From: Octopus vulgaris
Lineage: Eukaryota
DNA length: 64,000 nt
NCBI GenBank assembly: GCA_951406725.2
Contig: OX597834.1
Location: forward strand, 13,144,001 to 13,208,000
Reading direction: 5' to 3'
Below the pieces are notes generated by a model, which worked only from the letters and a program-made list of their open reading frames with translations, was not told the DNA's origin and ran no database searches. Each line of letters begins with the position of its first letter. Within the stretch, counting starts at the first letter, position 1. The translations under genes were made by a program, and so were the position numbers. This document shows, in pieces, positions 55,388-64,000 of the stretch.

Positions 55388-56245
55388 CATTATTAGTCAC
55401 GTTATAGTTAGGAAATACAGGAAAAATACGAGATTTTGTTAAACAAAGAGCTTAAGAATTCAGTTACGATGGTAAACAATATATCCCATAAATAATGCAG
55501 ATTTTCAAATACATAAATTAAATGTCGGAAGGGACGGGATAAACTACCTTCATCCCTTTGCTATAAAACCAGCTAGTAATTTTACCTTGAACTTCTTCTT
55601 AGTGCAAGTTTTGAAGAGTGCAATTCAATTATAGCAGTTATTTTTTCAAAGCTATAATCAAAGTGACAAAGGAGTGAATTCGGCATAATTTGCTTTTCGA
55701 ACAGCACTCTTAGCCGTTGCACTAAGAATAAGGCCGAGGTAAAAATTACTACCCGCTTTTACAGATAGAATATGAAGGTAGTTTTTCCCGTCCCCCTCTG
55801 ACATTTAGTTTGTGCAATTGAAAAAAATGCATTATCTATGGCATGATCCAATATATTGTTTACCATCATAACTGAATTCTTAAGCTTAATTTTTCCTGTA
55901 TTTCCTATAACGTGACGAATAATGCGGGTAGTTATTTTACGTTGTCCTTATTCTAAGTGCCATGTTTAAAAGTGCCGTTCGTAAAGCAAATTAAGCCGAA
56001 TTGACTCCTTTGTCACTTTGATTATAGCTTTGAAAAATAACTCTTAAAAATCAAACAGCACTCTTCAAAACTTGCACTAAGAATAAATACAAGGTAAAAT
56101 TAATGCCTGCTTTTACAGCAAGATGATGCAGGTAGTTTATCCCGTCCCCTCCGACTTTTAATTTATGTATTTGAAAAACTGCATTATTTATGGGATATAT
56201 TGTTTACCATCGTAACTGAATTCTTAAGCTCTTTGTTTAACAACA
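55388..56245. mobile_element. Long-TIR MITE/foldback plus an adjoining inverted partial copy
   Basis: 55388-55620 and 55703-55923 are imperfect inverted repeats. 55924-56245 is the reverse complement of ~55436-55755. Confidence 0.85.
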
Positions 56246-57760
56246 TATTGTATAAAGATAATATTCCAGCATTTCCTAAATATCCCGTGGCTAATAATAT
56301 TATTATATTCTTTCGAGAACGATAAATTATGTACCAGGGAAACACTGGGTTCGATGAAATCGAATGCACCCTATCCACCAGATTTCAACCCTTGTGTCAT
56401 TAGTATAACTGATTATTATTATGATTTAGTCTAATTAACTCGTGCTTTGTTAGAACTCTTGCGTAGTCGGCTTGGTACTTGCAGCTTACAGTACCATGCT
56501 AACCATCCTCGTCCCGCTCAACAATACACATGGCTTGTTCTGCTTTTGGTCAATTGAGGAGGGAAGGATTTCTACATTGAGGTGATTCCACAAGACCAGA
56601 TATCGCCAAGTGTTAACTTTTCATTTAACGTTCTTATTGTCGTCACAGACGACAGACAGATATGTGTGACTGATAACGCGTGGAGACGCAGAAAGAAAGC
56701 ATCCTGCGGTCCGGTGACACTATTCATAATTTAGTGGTTGGTTTACAACCTCAATGCTTGTAAAGTAAATGTTATCTCTCGAGACAACCTGAGAAGCGGA
56801 TTGTCTTTCCATGTCCAAACGCACACGAACAAATTAATTACCACTGTACATTAAAATCATTCAAAGCTGCTTTGTGAGCCGATCGTCATTACTCTGTCAC
56901 ACACACACACATTCACAACTGAACACATACAGACAAACACACGCATACACATACACACACTCACAGATATATATCCACACTCAGAGACACGCACGTTTAT
57001 ATTCATAAATAGATTTTAGTTGCGTGAGCTAGATAACAATTTATCTTGCGTCATTATGTTAGGTGGTGTTCGTATTACATTTTGTGCAGCCTATAATATT
57101 GTATTAGGCAAATATTTTGTATAGTGTCAGGTGTAGTGAATATGTTAATTCTGTATTGAAGTTAGTTTGGGGACGTAAAATTGTGTTTGCATAACACATC
57201 AGATTTGCTTGATTATATTTGTCAATATAACCATAATTATTAATATTTTCATTCGATGTGAGCGGTCACGACTTACAGCAGTCCGCCTAGAAGAAATCTT
57301 CTTCAAAGATTAGCATGTAAAAATTTGACTTCTTTTTTTTTTTTTGCCTTTTCTTTTATCGTTGTAGAAATATCTGTAACATTTCAAAAACGTCGTCAGT
57401 TCCTGATTGAAATGATAATGTTCTTCTTTACGAATTCTGAGACATGTTTACACATTTTGATGCGCATCAATTTGCAGTAGTTACACGTAAGCAAGACGGT
57501 TGCCTGAGAATTCGCAGGAGAGTGAGTGAGCTCATCACATTGGTTAAAGTCAAAAGTCGGATACAGGATTATCAAAATTATGTATTAAACATACAGTGAG
57601 CTTCGAGCATAGTTGCTTACGCAAGCAAAGTAAAAGGCACAAAAAGTACGTTGTTAAAAATAGAATTTAAGTGAAAATACAATTGATAAATAGTGAGGAA
57701 AAAAAGACTGAAAATACAACCAGCATCAAAAGCATTCCATTGTGTATTAGTATTAGAATT

Positions 57761-58151
57761 CATGGAGGCGCAATGGCCCAGTGGTTGGGGCAGCGGGCTC
57801 GCGGTCATAGTATCGCGGTTTCGATTCCCAGACCGGGCGTTGTGAGTGTTTATTGAGCGAAAACACCTAAAAGCTCCACGAGGCTCCCGGCAGGGGATGG
57901 TGGTGATCCCTGCTGTACTCTTTCACCACAACTTTCTCTCACTCTTACTTCCTGTTTCTGTTGTACCTGTATTTCAAGGGGCCGGCCTTGTCACTCTCTG
58001 TGTCGCGCTGAATATCCCCGAGAACTACATTAAGGGTGCACGTGTCTGTGGAGTGCTCAGTCACTTACACATTAATTTCACGAGCAGGCTGTACCGTTGA
58101 TTCGGATCAACCGGAACCCTCATCGTCGTAACCGACGGAGTGCTTCCTTTA
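57761..58151 (+). mobile_element. Family B SINE with TSD
   Basis: 12-bp TSD AGTATTAGAATT at 57749-57760 and 58152-58163. Confidence 0.92.
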
Positions 58152-58168
58152 AGTATTAGAATTTAAAA

Positions 58169-58545
58169 GGCTCCGATCTAGCAGAAACGTTAGCATGCCG
58201 GACGAAATGCTTAGAGGTATTTCGTCTGTCATTACGTTCTAAGATCAAATTCCGCCGAGGTCGACTTTGCCTTTCATCCTTTCGGGGTCGATAAATTAAG
58301 TACCAGTTACGCACTGGGGTCGATATAATCGACTTACTCTCCTTGCCTGTCCTCTCTTGTCTGTCCTACCTTGTGGGTAGTAAAGAAATAGGTATTTCGT
58401 CCGCCTTTATGTCCTGAGTTCAAGTTCCGCGAAGGTCGACTTTGCCTTTCATCCTTTCGGGGTCGCTAAATTAAGTACCAGTTGATCTAATTTAATGCCC
58501 TGTCTCCCCAAATATTTCAGGCCTTGTGCCTAGAGTAAAAAAGAA
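58169..58545 (+). mobile_element. Family A SINE dimer
   Basis: Core at ~58245 and again at ~58417, flanked by TATTAGAATTTA. Confidence 0.85.
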
Positions 58546-60046
58546 TATTAGAATTTAGATTTACAGAACCAACGCAAAGAATAGAAGAAAAAAAAAACAG
58601 ACTAGATATCAGATGGAAGATGGCAGTTGTTCCTCATTTTTCGTCGAAATTATCTGGGAAATGATAATAAGGAACTTGATAACTTTTCATTCCTGAGAAA
58701 ATTAGCTAATGACCTTGTCAATTGCGTGACGGTGATTGTGGCCTTTCGAAGAAAGATTGGCATATTTAAATTTTCTCCATGCTTTAAAATGGAAGACGAG
58801 GCGAGTAGTTTGACAAATATTAAATGAAGCTTTATTTACAGTGGACACGTCTAGAGAACAATAGAGTCTTAGCGATGTATATTGGCGCAAATATGGACTT
58901 TTCATTTGTCGACAACTACGCGCAGCTCTGCGTTAAGTATTGACAAAATAAAATAAGCCGTTAGTAGTGTCTTTATAAGTGAACAAAACATCATGTTTCC
59001 CGAAAACCGCTAAATTAAACTGAAGGCATAAAAGAAAGGTGGGGGTGAAAAGAAATAAAAAGAGAAAGAGAGAAAGAGATAGAGAGAGAGAGAGAGTAAA
59101 CCGGTGACACAGGAGACAGTTTTAAAAATCACATGCTACACGTTTGATAGTAAAGTACAAAACATTCCCTTACTCCTACAAAACAAAGAGAATCAAACGA
59201 AAAATTCTTTTGTCAGCCTTCTAAGTTGGTTGTGAGTGAACAATTCTATACAATTGCCATTATCTAAAGAGACATTTCCCCCACTTTTTATTGCATCCAT
59301 GTTCAAGTAAATACGATAAGAGTTGCCGAAGGGTTCTCGAAATTACTGGCAAATAAATTTAATTTGAACGGAACTTTCTTTGGAAATTTGACAGTCTATA
59401 TTGCCAAACGCCTCTATTCCGGTGAAATTGTCAATTAATTTCGTTTGAAAACGTTTCTTGTATACCGTGAGTACCAAGAGTGTTTTGCGTCGAAATATTT
59501 TACTTTATACGTGATCTAATATGTTAGAATCTAACGCTTAGACTAAAATGTATTGTACAGGTATACATCAACTTAAAAATCAATATCAAATCAGACCCGT
59601 TTACACTGCAATGTTAATATCCCTGACTCCGCTATAGTAACAATTTATACACATTCTATAAAAAGGTATGTCATATAAATGCAGTGTTTTGAAATAACTG
59701 GTACATTGTTGAAATAATTTATACACACATTTCACTTTGTATACAGATAATATATATTTACACTTTAAAATCAAGTTGATAACTACACTGAAAATATAAG
59801 AGTTATAAGAGTAGAAATTACGAAGACGGTAATGAAGAATGCTGCTGCAAATCATGTAAATGGATTTCAGCTAATATTTTGTCTAAAAGAAAATACGTCT
59901 GAAATTGTTAATATTTCAAAACTTTCATTACAAATTAAACGAAAGATTGAAATAATTTCACAGACGCACACTTACACATTTACATGAGCATTATTAATTG
60001 TATCATTATTCATATTATCATCATCATCGTTATCGTCATCATCATT

Positions 60047-60091
<45 letters not shown>

Positions 60092-60094
60092 GAT

Positions 60095-60437
60095 ATTATT
60101 ATTATTATTATTGAGTGAGAGAACAGTGCATGCCATCAAAGTGTCTCTGGGGTAAAATATACGAAGCCCAGTATCCCCATAATGACTACCCGTCTGATAA
60201 GAGTACACTATGCATATGCATCACAACCATACGTGCGCGACATGGTTATTTCATATCAAGATATACAGTGCATGACCTTGCAGGTGGGACCCAGTTGAAT
60301 TTTTTTTCTTCTGGTCGAGTAGCCCATCCCACTCAAAGGGTCCCTGAATAGAAATTGTTTAAGGATGTTGAACGAAACACCCATATTTCCAAAGGTGAAT
60401 TATTCAAGCCCCAAAGAATCCCTCTCAACACATGGCT
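60095..60437 (-). mobile_element. Probable retroelement 3' end with (TAA)/(TGA) tail, abutting the hAT-like remnant
   Basis: GC-richer block ending on the minus strand in CTCTCACTC(AAT)n. No coding motif recognised. Confidence 0.35.
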
Positions 60438-60444
60438 AAGCAAA

Positions 60445-61886
60445 AACATAATTTCAAAAACAGCAATAAAACGAATGAAATTCCCAGAACTAGATTTTGC
60501 CTGTGACCGCACCTGCGTGTCAGACCGTACTGTTGCTCTCCTTACACATTCGACCATCAGCGACTTAACGGCAAGTACATCTGGTGAATATTATTTTGTG
60601 ATAGACAGATTGAAGACAAGGCGAGAACGATCCAGAAGACTTTAATCCCTGCAGCAGGAAGGTAGGCGACATGATACATTGCCTGCATTGTATTTTGATG
60701 GAAGGAGGGAAACAACCATTTCAAGAGGAGCACACATCTCGTTGAAAGAAGAATCTGAGTCCCGCTATCTTGGGCACTTTACTGTAAAAACGGTTTCTGC
60801 AAAATCCATTTCCAATGTTTTGTTGAATTATTTGGCAACCAATGAGATAGTAACCAATCACATAAGGGCCGTAAGTTGCGATGTAACTGCAGCCAATGCA
60901 GGACCTAATGAATGCGCCATTATACATTTGGAGGATATATTGAAGAAGGCATTGCATTTGTTTGTGCGTCAGCTCCACACAAAATAGCTTCCCTTACATC
61001 TTCTTAACGATCTCGACGGAAACAAACTACAGTGCTTCGTGGATACTTTGGTCCGATTGGTAAGGGATTGGAGCGATGTGAAGCACCCAGTATTGCGAAA
61101 TTTAACCAGGCTCCAATTGACCTACATCAGTTGAAAGAAACGATCTCAGTACTGATCAAAAATACCTTCTTCATATCCACCAGTCTATTTCTGGAGGGAA
61201 ATGTTCCTCTGAAACGACATGAAGTAATCCCGGTAAAATGGCGCAATCTCGATGGCTTACAACTGCAAATTTTAGGCTACGATTGTATGTTGCCACAGAG
61301 AATCCTTCGAACTCGATGAAGCGAATTGTTGCTTACATAATGAAAGCTAATGTCAATGTGGTTCACAATTAAACTTAACTTTTCCTCGGAAAATGGGGCT
61401 CTAAATTGTTGAAGGCGATTCAGTGTTGAAGACGATTGTCTTCAAGAGAAATGGATGAAGCTGTACAAGGCATTGCATTTCCTATTATTCAAAGAAATGC
61501 TTTCTTCTCAGACACAGAAAATATTTTACTGGCCATGATAAACGATGAACGGATCCACATTCGAGAAGTAACATGTAGGCGCATAAAGCAATAAACTACA
61601 TGGACATAATTAGCTGGTAGGACACTATTGTTACCGAACAATCTTTAACACAGGCATTTCATTTTGCGATGCGGAAATCCATACCTTCATTCAACAGCGG
61701 CATTTGATGCAACTGGAAAAATTACCATGTCACACCCTACCTGTAATGAGATGGGTAAAACTCGTGAAAGAAGCTGCATCAAATGTTTGTGGTGAGAACA
61801 GTCGAGATGGATTCATTAGGAGTCGAATCAATTCAAGAGAAAAACATTCGGTGTTCGAGACCAAAAAAAAAAGGGCTTCAAATTGA
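60445..61886 (+). mobile_element. Decayed DNA-transposase pseudogene (hAT-related, hATm-like)
   Basis: Collinear motifs ACDRTCVSDR, VIDRLK.RRER, LYFDGRR, YLGH, SCDVTAANAG, QLHTK*LPL, GPIGK, RWLTTAN..LRLY and LPCHT...WVKLVKEAA..VCG..SRDGFIR, across several stops and frameshifts. The subfamily name is from recall. Confidence 0.75.
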
Positions 61887-62805
61887 AAGGAAATACAGCA
61901 ATAATCAATTAGATTTGGTTAGGTTTAGCTATTTTAAACATAACAAACAATTAGCATTATGTCGCTTTAGGAATTTCCAAAACAATAAATCTTTGACTGT
62001 TCCATTCTTTATTTCAGAGTGACATGATAATTCTCGTCTACGAAAAAAAATTGGCTTTATCACGGGAACGACAAGGAATGCGCAACAGTGATTTGTATTA
62101 TTTAGTTACGTGGAATTATGTCGAATAAAGTAGAAATGTGAATTATATTTATTACCTCAATATATCAAGAAATATAAATTGGATTATACGTAATTATTTT
62201 TAATGTGGTGTGTATAATCCAGACCTCATGTAACACATATATTCGGTGACCTAGTATTACAAATAGTAAAGAAAATTCTAAGAGCCGATTTATAACAACG
62301 TAATTTCGAAATTTCAAGTGCATTGCGGAGCTTGAAAGTATAAATTCCAGAGTCTGTGATATGAAGACTCGTATTGATAGAAGATTTTGCAAACGGAAAT
62401 TGATGCGTAATAATGAGTTTAAAAACCAAAAATGATGAACGGCAAAAGAGCTATAGATTGGTTTTTCGCTCATTATTCAAACTTTCAACTGAGCTGCGGA
62501 TACTGAAGATGTAAATTTAAGACCTTGAAATTTTAACACAGTTGTTTTTAAAGGATTTCGCAATAAAGAAGTACCTTTTCCGCTCCACCTTATTATGCAT
62601 GGGGTTGTTTAAAACTCTTGGTTAGAGAGGAGACAATCATCCCAGCCTGGCGTAACCAAGGTTTCTCTACATGTACTTTTCAAGAATAGTGTTACATATT
62701 TAGTAAGCCATACCTTTATGCAGTATTTTCGGGCAAAGAAAAAGAAAATACATAAAAGCATATATATATCAAATATATAAAAGCATATATATAATATATA
62801 TATAT

Positions 62806-62894
<89 letters not shown>

Positions 62895-63427
62895 CATTGA
62901 TAATAATTATCCTAAAATATTTGTTTAGTAAAGCTGTATATGTTTGCTCTAAAGTGTTTTGATTTTAATTAATGTAGCCACGTAAGTATCATAAATAGTG
63001 TAAATGATTTATAGAAAGGTATTATATTAAATATTTCTTCAAATGCTAATACTGAATTTTTAATGATTTAGGCGTCTAATTTCAACATTAACGAATGAAT
63101 AATTATATTTTCCTGTTTTACAGACAAGGAATTCTCGTCCAACGTTTTCGTTGCGTGCGATGGCACCTCACTGAAATGTATCAAAGCGGTCGAAATATAT
63201 CTGACGCTCTATCATGCTGATAAGATTCGTTTCATTTTGTATGATACTTATCGTACTTTTGACATGAGTCTCTAAGAGACGTTTTCAGGACAAATGCTGC
63301 TGCAACTAGCCAATCGCTACAGAGTATACATCAGATATGATAGAAAGATTTTAGTTCTGAATAATGCCATACGAATATATATATAACTATAACTATACAA
63401 GCAGAGGCCCGGGAAAATTGCTTACGC

Positions 63428-63635
63428 TGCAGGTTTAGTGGTAAGTTAAAAGCAGAATGAGATGTTCTTCTTCCTGGGAGAATGGTGGCAGCAAAGCCAG
63501 ACAATAGTACAACAACTGCAATTATTTTTGTTTGTTAACTTACCTTGGAGAGAAGCAATGTTATAAATGTTTTACCTGTGCCACCAGGAGCATCAAGATA
63601 GAGAATTTCTCTGCTTTTTTCTAGTGATTGTGGAA
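63428..63635 (-). mobile_element. Helitron Pif1-like helicase fragment
   Basis: LYLDAPGGTGKTF (Walker A), then frameshifted IIAVVVLLSGFAATILPGRRTSHSAFNLPLNL, matching Helitron ASSGIAATLLxGGRTAHSxFKLPL. Confidence 0.85.
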
Positions 63636-63693
63636 CGCCGCACGCACGCACACACAAATATACATGCAGTATCAAATATGAAACGAAATAGAC

Positions 63694-63739
<46 letters not shown>

Positions 63740-63757
63740 AAGTGAAAGAGCCGTATA

Positions 63758-64000
63758 TCTTTATATATAAAAGTGAAGTTGTGTGTCTGTCTCCTACGAT
63801 TCAGATTCCTAACTACTCCCACATTTTGCGGTGCAGTTTAACCAAAACCGGATATCTTATAGTCACGATTCATATCGAGCCCTTCTGCGTATTAGCGCGC
63901 GTCTACGATGAGTCGCCGATTAAAAAAAAAATTACCATAATTTTTTTCCATTTTAATGCATTTTTTCGCTATTATATAAGGGAAGTAACTCTCTAAAAAT
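63758..64000 (+). mobile_element. Non-autonomous Helitron, running off the window end
   Basis: A^TCTTTATATATAAAAG start. The distal part matches the reverse complement of 9150-9205. Confidence 0.7.

Overview
AT-rich eukaryotic non-coding DNA dense in microsatellites ((TA)n, (CA)n, (TATG)n, (AGAT)n, (TAA)n), with no supportable host protein-coding gene. Nearly all listed ORFs are translations of simple repeats or SINEs. The repeat content looks like an octopus/cephalopod genome (inference from recalled SINE families). It comprises four tRNA-derived SINE families in many copies, decayed mariner, Tc1, hAT-like and Helitron transposons, several MITEs/foldbacks, a 5'-truncated R4/Dong-type retrotransposon inside a (TAA)n tract, and other LINE remnants. 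The main signal is a set of sequence-unrelated type I hammerhead-ribozyme motifs at about 0.2, 19.0-19.3, 22.7/27.2, 39.8-39.9, 40.2/41.1 and 47.2 kb. They sit in short modules inserted in (TA)n tracts and are often inverted-duplicated. Most have a palindromic stem III, and several have a 42-60 nt stem II region and a nearby AATAAA. This architecture fits pseudo-LTRs of Penelope-like elements or non-autonomous ribozyme retroelements. All structures were folded by eye, and coordinates of decayed elements are approximate.
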